Below, one piece after another: positions 28,619 to 38,045 of a DNA stretch of 64,000 nt. Numbering within the stretch: position 1 is the stretch's first letter; each line of letters starts with the position of its first letter. The stretch is from assembly GCA_963707215.1 (NCBI GenBank), contig CAVPPB010000003.1, forward strand, positions 544,001 to 608,000. The letters run 5' to 3'. Below the pieces are notes generated by a model that saw only the letters and a program-made list of their open reading frames with translations, did not search any database and was not told where the DNA came from. The stretch is from an uncultured Chloroflexia bacterium (GTDB lineage Bacteria; Chloroflexota; Limnocylindria; Limnocylindrales; CSP1-4). A program made the position numbers and the translations under genes.

Positions 28619-29557
28619 TCAGGCGCCCGCGCCCCACCAGTCGAGCACCCGCAGCGCGCGAAGGGTGTTCCAGCGGCTCGGGGAGCCGACGCCGCCCTCG
28701 AGGTCGAAGTGGACCTGCCCGGGGTGGACCCGGTCGAGCAGCCAGCGGCCGTCGGGCTGCCGCTTCGATCGCACGACCTCTACGGCCTCGGCCATCCTGG
28801 GGTCACGGTCGGCGCCCGCGGCTCGGAAGTAGTCGAGCGCGCGCAGCAGGTCGTAGTGCCAGTAGTAGGGGAACGCGAAGTCGAGATAGGCGGGATCGGC
28901 GACCTCGCCGGTGCTCCTGCGCCGGAAGAGGCCGCGCTCGAGGAGGTACGCCTCACCGCCATGGCGGGCAGCGCGCACCTCCGCTGACCCGCCGGTCGCC
29001 CGCTCGAACGCCAGCAGTCCGTCGAGCACGTTGATCGTCGTGTCGAAGGACGACCGGACCGAGCCGTTCTCGACCTCGCAGTTCCAGCCGCCGTCGTCGA
29101 GCCGCTCAGCGAGGATCCGCTCGACGATCGGAGCGACGTCCACCCCGAAGACGGCCCCGATCTCGATCGTCCGGCCGTTGATGCACGGCTCCACCTCGCC
29201 GTCGAAGTAGCGCTGCCCGGCGTGCTCCCAGCGCCCGTTCTCGGCGACGAGCCCGATCGCCCGGCGGGCGGACGTCGACGCCGGGTCGAGCCCGCAGAGC
29301 TGCAGCGTCTGGAGCGTGTGCATCGTGGCCGTCCAGGGCTGGCCCGGTCCCCCGCCGTCGAAGTCGGCCGGGAAGCAGGCACCGCCCGCCCAGAGCCCGT
29401 CGGGTCCCTCCAGCGCCAGCAGCCGGGCAGCCCAGCCGTCGCGCTCGACCCGGGCTCGTGCGGCCGCCACGTCCTCCGACGACGCGCGCTCCAGATCGCG
29501 GAGCACCTGCCAACGGATGGCGGGGTCGCCGTCGAGGAGCCAGCCGATGACGTCCAT
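28619..29557 (-). CDS. Prenyltransferase/squalene-cyclase-like (alpha/alpha toroid) protein of unknown function
   Basis: WLLDGDPAIRWQV, EPCING, DGGWNCE, FPYYWHYDLLRALDYF, QPDGRW, SRWNTLRALRVL. Confidence 0.75.
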   Translation of the reverse strand: MDVIGWLLDGDPAIRWQVLRDLERASSEDVAAARARVERDGWAARLLALEGPDGLWAGGACFPADFDGGGPGQPWTATMHTLQTLQLCGLDPASTSARRAIGLVAENGRWEHAGQRYFDGEVEPCINGRTIEIGAVFGVDVAPIVERILAERLDDGGWNCEVENGSVRSSFDTTINVLDGLLAFERATGGSAEVRAARHGGEAYLLERGLFRRRSTGEVADPAYLDFAFPYYWHYDLLRALDYFRAAGADRDPRMAEAVEVVRSKRQPDGRWLLDRVHPGQVHFDLEGGVGSPSRWNTLRALRVLDWWGAGA

Positions 29558-29655
29558 CGCGGCAGGGTACCGCGCCGGGCCCGCGGTCCGGGGCGCCCGC
29601 GTGGCGGGACTCCCAGACGCTACCCTCTTGGGGTGAGCGACCGGACCGCGCCCCG

Positions 29656-32600
29656 ATGAGCATCCCTGCTACCCAGAACGGCCGCCTCGTCCCGTACCTC
29701 CCGCGCCTGGCGATCCAGTGGGCGGCAGAGGACCCGGACGCCCGGGTGCGCGAGGAGGACGGGTCCCTCGTCTTCGTGGACATCTCGGGCTTCACGAAGA
29801 TGTCCGAGCGCCTGGCCCGGCACGGCAGGGTCGGCGCCGAGGAGGTCACCGACGTCCTGGGGGCGGTCTTCACCCGGCTGCTCGCGGTCGCCTACGCCGA
29901 GGGTGCCGGGCTCCTGAAGTTCGGCGGCGACGCGCTGCTCCTCTGGTTCGCCGGGGACGACCACCCGGCGCGGGCCGTCCGAGCCGCCCACGGCATGCGG
30001 GCCACGCTCCGCTCCATCGGCGCCGTCGAGACGACGGCCGGCAAGGTCACCCTCCGGATGTCGATCGGGGTCAACAGCGGGCGCTTCCACTTCTTCCTCG
30101 TGGGCGGGTCCCATCGCGAGATGCTGGTGACCGGCCCCGCCGCTACCGAGACGGTCCGCATGGAATCGGCGGCGACGGCCGGGGAGATCCTCCTGAGCCC
30201 GGCGACGGCGGCCCACCTGCCGGAGCGGCTCGTCGGACAGGCCAAGGGACCCGGCCGACTCCTGCGGTCGGCGCCGCCGGGCCTCAGCCGCGAGGGCGCC
30301 GGCTCCGAGATCCTGGCGGGCCTGCCGGACCTGGCGACCTACGTCCCGCTGGCCCTCCGCGAGCCGATCCTGGCCGGGACCGAGCCCGAGCATCGCTCCG
30401 CGACCGTCGCCTTCGTCCACTTCGACGGGACCGACGAGCTCATCGATCGGGAAGGACCGGAGGCGACGGCCGATGCCCTCGACGAGCTGGTCCGCGCCGT
30501 CCAGGAGGCCGTGGACGAGCAGGGCGTCGGCTTCCTGGCCTCGGACATCGACGCCGACGGGGGCAAGCTGATCCTGACCGCCGGCGTGCCCCGGATGGTC
30601 GGCGACGACGAGGAACGGATGCTCCTGGCGCTGCGGCGGATCGTCGAGGTCGAGCGTCGGCTGCCGGTCCGCGTCGGCGTGAACCGCGGTCCGGTCTTCT
30701 CGGGCGACGTCGGACCGAGCTATCGGCGGACCTACACGGTCATGGGCGACCCGGTGAACCTCGCCGCCCGACTCATGGCCAAGGCGGGTCCCGGCCAGGT
30801 CTTCGCGACCGCGGCCGTCCTGGAGAGCTCGGCGACCCGCTTCGAGACGACCGAGCTCGAGCCGTTCATGGTCAAGGGCAAGGCTCGGCCGGTCCAGGCC
30901 TGGGCCGTCGGGCCTCGGATCGGGCGACCGAAGCGAACCGCGGCCGAAGACCTCCCGCTCACGGGGCGCGACGACGAGCTCGGCCTGCTCTCCGAGGCCC
31001 AGGACACGGCCCGGGCCGGACGCCGCCGGACGGTCGTCCTCCAGGGCGAGGCCGGCCTCGGCAAGACGCGGCTCCTCGATGCGCTGCTCGAGCGTGGCGC
31101 GGACTTCGAGGTCTTCGGGGCGACGGGCGAGACATTCACCTCGACGACCCCGTACGTGGCCTGGCGCGACGTGCTCCGCGAGATGATGGGCGTGTCCTGG
31201 GACGACCCGTCCCCGGTCGTGGTCGGCCGGCTGCGCGAGCTGGTCGAGGCGCACGACACCGGCCTCCTGCCGTGGGTTCCACTCATCGCGACCGCCGCGG
31301 ACGCGGACGCGGAGCCGACGCCCGAGGTCGCTGCGCTGGCCCCCGAGTACCGTCGCCCTCGCCTCCACCAGGCGGTCGTCGACCTCCTGCGGGGCCTCCG
31401 GACATCGCCGACCCTGTTCGCCTTCGAGGACGCCCACCTGATGGACGAGGCGTCCGCCGACCTGCTGCGAGCGATCGCCGAGGACCCACGGGAGGACCGG
31501 CCATGGCTCGTCCTCGCCCTCCGGAGGCCCGAGGGCCAGGGCTTCGCTCCGTCCGAGTCGCCCGCGGTCCGGACCCTGGACCTCTCGCCGCTGGGACCGG
31601 AGGCCACCACGGCCCTCGCCCGGATCGTGACCGACGACGCACCGCTCCCCGAGCGGGTCCTGCTCGAGACGATCGACCGATCGGCCGGCAACCCGCAGCT
31701 GCTCCTCGACCTCGTCCACGCAGCACGCTCGGGCGACGGGTCCCTGCCCGAATCGGTCGAGGCCGCGGCGACCGTCCGGATCGACGCCCTCGCCCCGCAC
31801 GACCGACAGCTCGTCCGCCGGGTCTCGGTCTTCGGCCTCGCCTTCCACCCGCGCTTCCTGCCCGACGTCCTCGACGAGGAGGCGCCCCGGCCGACCCGGC
31901 GCACCTGGGACCGCCTGGCCGACTTCTTCGAGGCCGAGGCGGACGGCTACCTGCGCTTCCGGCGGGCGGTCGTCCGGGACGCGGCCTACGCCGGCCTTCC
32001 CTTCCGCCTCCGCCAGCGCCTCCACGTGGCCATCGGCGCCCACTTCGAGCGCGAGGCGGCCGATCCCGACGACATCGCCGGCCTGCTCAGCCTCCACTTC
32101 TCCCTCGGCAGCGACCACGAACGGGCCTGGCGCTACGCCCGGAGCGCCGGTGACCGGGCGGCGCGGATCTTCGCCAACGCCGAGGCGGCCACCCTCTTCC
32201 GCCGGGCGCTCGACGCGGCACGGGTCTCGGGAACGGTGCCGCCCGTCGAGGTGGCGGCGGTGGCGGAGGCCCGCAGCGACGTGCTCGTCATGGCCGGGGA
32301 GTTCCGCGATGCCGGCGAGGCGCTCGACCTGGCCCGGAAGGTGCTCGGCGGCGACGCACTCGCCCAGGCGCGACTCCTCCTCAAGCGCTCGCGGATCGAG
32401 GAGAAGCTCGGGCGGTTCTCGAGTGCCCTCCGGTGGGCCACCCGGGCCCGTCGGATGCTCGAGGGCCTCGACGGCCCCGAGGTCGCCCGCGAGCGGGCCC
32501 AGCAGAGCGCCTGGACGGCCACTGTCCTCCAGGCCGAGGGTCGGTCGCACGAGGCGGTCGCCTGGGCCGAGCGGGCGGCGGCCGAGGCCGAGGCGGCGGG

Positions 32601-33462
32601 CGACCCGGAGGCCCTGGCCCGCGCCTTCAACGCCCTTGATTGGGCCAGGCTCCAGATGGGCGAGCGGACCGGCGAGGCCTGGAGCCGAGCCCTGGGGATC
32701 TACCGCGACCTCGGCGATCTCGCTGGCCAGGCCCGGATCCTGAGCAACCTGGGGATGGGCGCCTTCTACGCCGGCGCCTGGGACGAGGCACTGGGGTACG
32801 CGGAGCAGGGCCGTGAGCTGGAGCTGCGGATCGGCAACTACGTCGGCGCCGCGGTCGACGCGACGAACATGGCCGAGCTCAAGTCGGAGCAGGGCGCCTA
32901 CGAGGAAGCGGAGGGGCTGCTTCGAGACGCGCTCCGCGTGTCCCGGGCCGCGGGCCATCGCTGGGGCGTCGGCCTGTCGCTGAGCGTGCTGGCGCTGCTG
33001 CTGGCCCGGACCGGCCGCTTCGACGAGGCGCTGGGCCTGTTCGACGAGGCGCGCTCGGAATGGGACCACGTGGGAGCTGGCGAGGACCTGGCGCTCAACG
33101 AGGTTCGCCGCGCCGAGTGCCACGTCCTGACGGGCGACGGCGTGAGCGCCCTGGCGGCCCTCGAGGCGTTGCTGGCGGCCGGCTCGGAGGCCGTCGAGCC
33201 GATCCTGCCGCAGCTGGAGCGGGTCCGCGGCTATGCGCTCGTCCAGACCGAGGATCCCCTCGAGGCGCGCGCGGCGCTGGAGCGCAGCCTTGCGGCCGCG
33301 CGGGACAGGGACGACCTCCTCCAGGCCGCGCTGACGCTCACGGCGCTGAGCCGCCTCGATGGCCGCGAGGGGCGGTCTCCGTCGCCCACCGCCAACGCCG
33401 AGGCCGTCGCGACGCTCGCGAAGCTCGGCGTCAGGGTCGTCCCCGAGGTCCCCCTGCCCTAG
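29656..33462 (+). CDS. Class III nucleotide cyclase with two cyclase domains + STAND NTPase + TPR repeats
   Basis: FVDISGFT..KFGGDA (domain 1), TYTVMGDPVNLAARL (domain 2), GEAGLGKT, FEDAH, GNP, then TPR-like helices. Confidence 0.9.
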   Translation: MSIPATQNGRLVPYLPRLAIQWAAEDPDARVREEDGSLVFVDISGFTKMSERLARHGRVGAEEVTDVLGAVFTRLLAVAYAEGAGLLKFGGDALLLWFAGDDHPARAVRAAHGMRATLRSIGAVETTAGKVTLRMSIGVNSGRFHFFLVGGSHREMLVTGPAATETVRMESAATAGEILLSPATAAHLPERLVGQAKGPGRLLRSAPPGLSREGAGSEILAGLPDLATYVPLALREPILAGTEPEHRSATVAFVHFDGTDELIDREGPEATADALDELVRAVQEAVDEQGVGFLASDIDADGGKLILTAGVPRMVGDDEERMLLALRRIVEVERRLPVRVGVNRGPVFSGDVGPSYRRTYTVMGDPVNLAARLMAKAGPGQVFATAAVLESSATRFETTELEPFMVKGKARPVQAWAVGPRIGRPKRTAAEDLPLTGRDDELGLLSEAQDTARAGRRRTVVLQGEAGLGKTRLLDALLERGADFEVFGATGETFTSTTPYVAWRDVLREMMGVSWDDPSPVVVGRLRELVEAHDTGLLPWVPLIATAADADAEPTPEVAALAPEYRRPRLHQAVVDLLRGLRTSPTLFAFEDAHLMDEASADLLRAIAEDPREDRPWLVLALRRPEGQGFAPSESPAVRTLDLSPLGPEATTALARIVTDDAPLPERVLLETIDRSAGNPQLLLDLVHAARSGDGSLPESVEAAATVRIDALAPHDRQLVRRVSVFGLAFHPRFLPDVLDEEAPRPTRRTWDRLADFFEAEADGYLRFRRAVVRDAAYAGLPFRLRQRLHVAIGAHFEREAADPDDIAGLLSLHFSLGSDHERAWRYARSAGDRAARIFANAEAATLFRRALDAARVSGTVPPVEVAAVAEARSDVLVMAGEFRDAGEALDLARKVLGGDALAQARLLLKRSRIEEKLGRFSSALRWATRARRMLEGLDGPEVARERAQQSAWTATVLQAEGRSHEAVAWAERAAAEAEAAGDPEALARAFNALDWARLQMGERTGEAWSRALGIYRDLGDLAGQARILSNLGMGAFYAGAWDEALGYAEQGRELELRIGNYVGAAVDATNMAELKSEQGAYEEAEGLLRDALRVSRAAGHRWGVGLSLSVLALLLARTGRFDEALGLFDEARSEWDHVGAGEDLALNEVRRAECHVLTGDGVSALAALEALLAAGSEAVEPILPQLERVRGYALVQTEDPLEARAALERSLAAARDRDDLLQAALTLTALSRLDGREGRSPSPTANAEAVATLAKLGVRVVPEVPLP

Positions 33463-33480
33463 CCCGTCGCCTGGGACGTG

Positions 33481-33511
33481 AACGAGCGGCCCCGGTCCGG
33501 GGCCGCTCGTT
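33481..33511. terminator. Perfect inverted repeat between convergent genes, probable bidirectional terminator
   Basis: AACGAGCGGCCCCGG-T-CCGGGGCCGCTCGTT. Confidence 0.75.
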
Positions 33512-33537
33512 GAGCGCGGGGTGGGAAGGGGCGAGCG

Positions 33538-34500
33538 CTAGCCGCGCTTGGCACCCCAGTCGCCGGTCAGGTAGATGACCTCGGTGACCTGGATCAGCTG
33601 GCCCTCGTACGCCGGCACCCAGTCCGGGCTGGAGGTGCCATCACCGTCGGGCCCGTAGATCTCGGACGACTGGGAGATGAGGCACGAGACCTCGCTACCG
33701 GGCATCGCAGGAGCGCCCGTCGTCCCGTCGCACCACTCGATGTCGTGGAACCCGCCCGGCGTGTCCACCTCGGTCCATCGCGCCAGTGGCACGGGGGCGT
33801 CCGCCGGCTCGGGATCCCAGGCGTTGATCTCGACCATGAACTCGAGGCTCGGGTCCTCTGGCTTCCAGACATTCACGAGGTTGCCGTTCCGATCGAGCGT
33901 CACGGGCGAGCAGGCGGTCCCGATGTTCGTCAGGGTGACCCCATCGAACGTGATCGAGCTGCCCGGGGCAAGGAGCGTGCCGACGGTGGTCGTCGGCGGC
34001 GGCGGCTGGAGCTCGAAGAGGTTGCCGCCCGTGTTCGAGCCGGTCCAGGCCGAGGTCAACCAGGTCCCCACGGCGCCGGCGCAGGTCGTGGCCGTGATCG
34101 CGACGGTCGCGTTGAAGGTCAATTCGACCCACTCGTCGTACGACACCGGATAGAGGCCGGTGACCTCGATGTCGGCAGACTCGAGACCCGTCGCCACGGT
34201 GAAGCTGGTGTTCCCGCTGCTCGTCGTGACATCGACGCTTTCGTAGTCGATGACGAAGCCGGCGGGGGCGGTGAGAGCCAGCGAGTTGAACGAGGCGATG
34301 CCGCCGGGTGTCGTGTTCGTGTACGTGAGGGTGAACATCGCGGGCGCGCCGGTGGGCACGAACGGAACGCTCGTGGGAGACACGGTGACGTCATAGGTCT
34401 TCTTGGTCGGCTTCGCGGCAGACAGCGGCGCCGCCGTCAGCCCCACCAATAGGGCCGCTGCAACTGCGACGACCACCATCCTTCGGAACGCCCTGGACAT
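33538..34500 (-). CDS. Secreted Thr/Ser-rich beta-strand protein of unknown function
   Basis: AGGAGGG RBS; signal peptide MSRAFRRMVVVAVAAALLVGLTAAPLSA; Ig-like strand pattern; four Cys residues. Confidence 0.8.
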   Translation of the reverse strand: MSRAFRRMVVVAVAAALLVGLTAAPLSAAKPTKKTYDVTVSPTSVPFVPTGAPAMFTLTYTNTTPGGIASFNSLALTAPAGFVIDYESVDVTTSSGNTSFTVATGLESADIEVTGLYPVSYDEWVELTFNATVAITATTCAGAVGTWLTSAWTGSNTGGNLFELQPPPPTTTVGTLLAPGSSITFDGVTLTNIGTACSPVTLDRNGNLVNVWKPEDPSLEFMVEINAWDPEPADAPVPLARWTEVDTPGGFHDIEWCDGTTGAPAMPGSEVSCLISQSSEIYGPDGDGTSSPDWVPAYEGQLIQVTEVIYLTGDWGAKRG

Positions 34501-34757
34501 GTTCCCTCCTGCTACATCGATCCGCCCGCCCCGCCGCGGAGTGCTCGTGACTAGTAGTCCCCGACCATAGGGACGATCGCCGTGGAGGCAAGGGACCTTC
34601 GGCCCATGCCTGACCTCGGCCAATCGTAGCGCCCGTCAGCTGCGCCGTCATCTCGGTGCATCGGTGCACCGGCGCCGGTCAAGGAGGTCGTGGGGGCCCG
34701 TCCGCGCTCTCGCCGCCCATCCTTGCCTGCGGCCGCCGTCGAGGGTAGGGTGAGCTC

Positions 34758-35252
34758 GTGGTCAGCGCCCTGGTCGTCCCCGTCGACCTGCCACGTCGGT
34801 TCGAGCGAGTCCGCCGCAGCCGCGTCGCCAGCGCCGCGCTCGGCGTGCCCGCCCACGTGACCCTGCTCTACCCGTTCAAGTCACCAGAGGAGCTCCGTGA
34901 GGCGGACCGCCGCCGGATCGCGAGCATCCTCGCCGCCGATGGACCGCTCCGGTTCCGACTCGCCCGGGTCCTCGACTGGGACGCGGTCCGCTACCTGGAG
35001 GTCGAGCCCCGGGCGCCCTTCACCCGGCTGGTCGAGCGGCTCGTCGGGGCCTACCCGACCTGGGCTCCCTACGGTGGGGCCTTCCCGTACGTGCCCCACG
35101 TGACCCTCTCCGATGGCTCGCCAGGGGAGCACCCACCGATCGCGGAGCCCAGGAGGCCGCTCGAGCGAGTCGCGGGCCGGGCCGTCCTGATCGCGGAGGG
35201 CGCCGACGGCCGCTGGACGACCCGCTGGCGGTTCCGCATCGGCCGGGACTGA
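34758..35252 (+). CDS. 2H phosphoesterase (2'-5' RNA ligase family)
   Basis: Two HVTL motifs (PAHVTLLYPF, VPHVTL); TAGGGT 6 nt before the GTG. Confidence 0.85.
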   Translation: MVSALVVPVDLPRRFERVRRSRVASAALGVPAHVTLLYPFKSPEELREADRRRIASILAADGPLRFRLARVLDWDAVRYLEVEPRAPFTRLVERLVGAYPTWAPYGGAFPYVPHVTLSDGSPGEHPPIAEPRRPLERVAGRAVLIAEGADGRWTTRWRFRIGRD

Positions 35253-35495
35253 GCGCGCCCGCGCCGGTCGGGTCGGCAGCCGGCCGCCGCCAGCCCCCGC
35301 GGGTCGGGCCTGCGGGCTAGGATGGAGACGGACCGGACGAGCCGACGCGTTGCCGCGGACCGGGACCCGTCCCGTGGCGTCGGTGACCTTCGGCCCACCG
35401 GAACGGGTCGCCTGTAGGGTGGGCCGTCCATTCGCATACCTGCACGATGCATGAAGCGGCCCATGGCCGACCATGTCCGCAAGACTGGGAGTCGC

Positions 35496-36392
35496 ATGCA
35501 CCCGATCGTCGAACGAGAGCAGCTCTCGCCGAACGTCTACCGCCTCGTCGTCGAGGCCCCCCGGATCGCCGAGATCCGCAAGCCCGGCCAGTTCGTCATC
35601 GTTCGGCGGGGCCCGGGAGCCGAGCGCATCCCCCTGACGATCGCCGACAATGACCCGGCCGCCGGCACCATCACCCTGATCATCCAGGCGATCGGCAAGA
35701 GCACGACCGACCTGGTGGAGCTCCAGCCGGGCGACGCCATCACCGACGTCGCCGGCCCCCTGGGTCGCGAGACCGAGCTCATCGAGTCCGGCCATGCCGT
35801 CTGCGTCGGCGGCGGGGTCGGCACGGCGGTGATCCTGCCGATCGCCCAGGAGCTGAAGCGCCGCGGCGTGAAGGTCACCAGCATCATCGGCGGCCGCTCG
35901 GAGGAGTGGGTCATCCTCGAGCGTGAGCTGGCCGCGGCGGGAGACGTCATCGCCTGCACGGACGACGGCAGCTACGGTCGCCATGGCTTCGTGACCGAGG
36001 CCCTCAAGGACGTCCTCGACGCCGGCGGGGTCGACGCGATCTACGCCGTCGGCCCGGTCCCGATGATGCGCGCCGTCAGCAGCCTCACCCAGCCCTACGG
36101 CGTCCCGACGACGGTCTCGCTCAACGCGATCATGGTCGACGGCACCGGGATGTGCGGGGGCTGCCGGGTGACGATCGACGGGGTGACGAAGTACGCCTGC
36201 GTCGACGGGCCCGAGTTCGACGGCCATGCGGTCGACTTCGGCGAGCTCGTCGACCGGCTCTCCACGTACCGCCCCTTCGAGAGCGCGGCCGTCGAGCGCC
36301 GCGAGGCCTGCAAGATCCCGGCCATGGCCGCGGCCGCAGACAAGGAGGCCGCCGCCGAAGCGCCGAGCCCCACCAGCGGAGCGTCCCGATGA
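35496..36392 (+). CDS. nfnA: NfnA/SudB-type FAD/[2Fe-2S] subunit
   Basis: KPGQFVI, ERIPLTIAD, GGGVG, CTDDGSYG, MVDGTGMCGGCRV..ACVDGPEF. Confidence 0.88.
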   Translation: MHPIVEREQLSPNVYRLVVEAPRIAEIRKPGQFVIVRRGPGAERIPLTIADNDPAAGTITLIIQAIGKSTTDLVELQPGDAITDVAGPLGRETELIESGHAVCVGGGVGTAVILPIAQELKRRGVKVTSIIGGRSEEWVILERELAAAGDVIACTDDGSYGRHGFVTEALKDVLDAGGVDAIYAVGPVPMMRAVSSLTQPYGVPTTVSLNAIMVDGTGMCGGCRVTIDGVTKYACVDGPEFDGHAVDFGELVDRLSTYRPFESAAVERREACKIPAMAAAADKEAAAEAPSPTSGASR

Positions 36393-37946
36393 GCGACGAC
36401 CCCACCCGGTCCGGGGACGGCCGCGGCCCGGCCGGCCAGGACTCATCCCCCGCCGCCGACCTGGTCCGCCGCATCCTGGAGGGTGAGGATCCCGAGATCA
36501 GCCCCAAGGAGCGGATGCTCCTCGATCGCGTCGGCATGCCCGAGCAGGACGCCGAGCAGCGCTCCGACAGCTTCACCGAGGTCAACCTGGGCTTCACTCA
36601 CCAGCTGGCCGTCCTGGAGGCCGAGCGCTGCCTCCAGTGCAAGAACGCCAAGTGCATCGACGGCTGCCCGGTCCGGGTCGACATCCCGCGCTTCATCGAG
36701 CGGCTCCGCGAGGGCGACATGGCCGGCGCGGCCGACTCGCTCCTCGGCGACAACGCCCTGCCGTGCGTCACCGGCCGGGTCTGCCCCCAGGAGACCCAGT
36801 GCGAGGAGCTGTGCGTCCGGGCCAAGAAGGGCTCCCCGGTCGCCATCGGCTACCTGGAGCGCTACGTCGCCGACTGGGCCCAGGCCCACCCGGAGGCGGT
36901 CCCGGTGGTGCCGGCCGCCGGCCAGCGGCAGGTCGGTCGGCATCGTCGGCTCCGGTCCGGCCGGCCTGACGGCCGCCGGCGAGCTGGCCAAGCTCGGCCA
37001 CGAGGTCACCGTCTTCGAGGCCTTCCACACGGCCGGCGGCGTGCTCATCTACGGCATCCCCGAGTTCCGGCTGCCGAAGGACATCGTCCAGCGCGAGGTC
37101 GATCGGCTGGTCGAGGCCGGCGTCGAGATCGAACCGAACTCGATCATCGGCAAGACCTACACCCTGGCCGAGCTGCGGGAGCGCTTCGACGCCGTCTTCC
37201 TGGCGGTCGGCGCCGGCCTGCCGGTCTTCATGAATGTGCCGGGCGAGAACTACAAGGGCGTCTACAGCGCCAACGAGTACCTGACCCGGGTCAACCTGAT
37301 GGGCGCCTGGAACCCCGAGAGCGACACGCCGATCCTCCACGGCCAGCGGGTCGTGGTCGTCGGCGGCGGCAATGTCGCCATGGATTCGGTGCGGACGGCC
37401 CGCCGCCTGGGCGCAGCCGTCGCGAAGATCGTCTACCGCCGCAGCCGCGACGAGCTGCCCGCGCGGGTCGAGGAGGTCCACCACGCTGAGCAGGAGGGCG
37501 TCGAGTTCGACTTCCTGGTCGCCCCGCTCGAGGTCCTCGGTGACGACGAGCGCTGGGTCACCGGCCTGCGCTGCATCCGCATGGAGCTCGGCGAGCCCGA
37601 CGACTCGGGCCGGCGACGCCCGGTCCCGATCGAGGGCTCCGAGTTCGTCGTCGACTGCGACATGGTCGTGGTGGCGATCGGCACCCGCTCGAACCCCATC
37701 CTGACGGCAAGCGCGCCCGAGCTGGCCGTCAACCAGTGGGGCTACATCACGATCGACGACTTCGGGATGACGAACCTGCCCGGCGTCTTCGCCGGCGGCG
37801 ACATCGTCCGGGGCGCGGCGACCGTCATCCTGGCCATGGGCGACGGCAAGCGGGCCGCGTCGGCCATCGACAGCTGGCTCAACGGCGTCTGGCCGCCGGT
37901 CCGCGAGGGCGAGGCCGAGCCTGCCAGGGAGAGCGCGACGGCTTGA
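36389..37946 (+). CDS. nfnB: NfnB/SudA (GltD-like) large subunit, +1 frameshift near 36915
   Basis: EAERCLQCK..CIDGCPV, GRVCPQETQCE, then in the shifted frame VGSGPAGL, YGIPEFRLPK, GGGNVAMD, YRR, FAGGDIVRGAATVILAMG. ATGA overlap with nfnA. Confidence 0.88.
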
Positions 37947-38045
37947 GGCGCCCGCATCCTGCATCGGCGCCAGTCGGGCAGGGAAGCGCGAGCCCGCGGA
38001 CACGGTCAGGGGTGCATGCCCGTCCCACTGGCCGGGTCGCGCCAC

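Noticed and set aside
28619-29557. Squalene-hopene cyclase / terpene cluster with the prenyl synthase at 42709
   Set aside because: Half the size of SHC, no DxDD motif, and 13 kb away with unrelated genes between.
34500-34630. c-di-GMP-I riboswitch
   Set aside because: Lacks the GGCAAA and GACGCAAAG core motifs; kept only as a generic structured-leader candidate.
36900-36930. Programmed frameshifting in nfnB (also the CNNM/CBS and GlmL-like genes)
   Set aside because: No slippery heptamers. All are single extra bases in otherwise intact genes, best explained as sequence errors.
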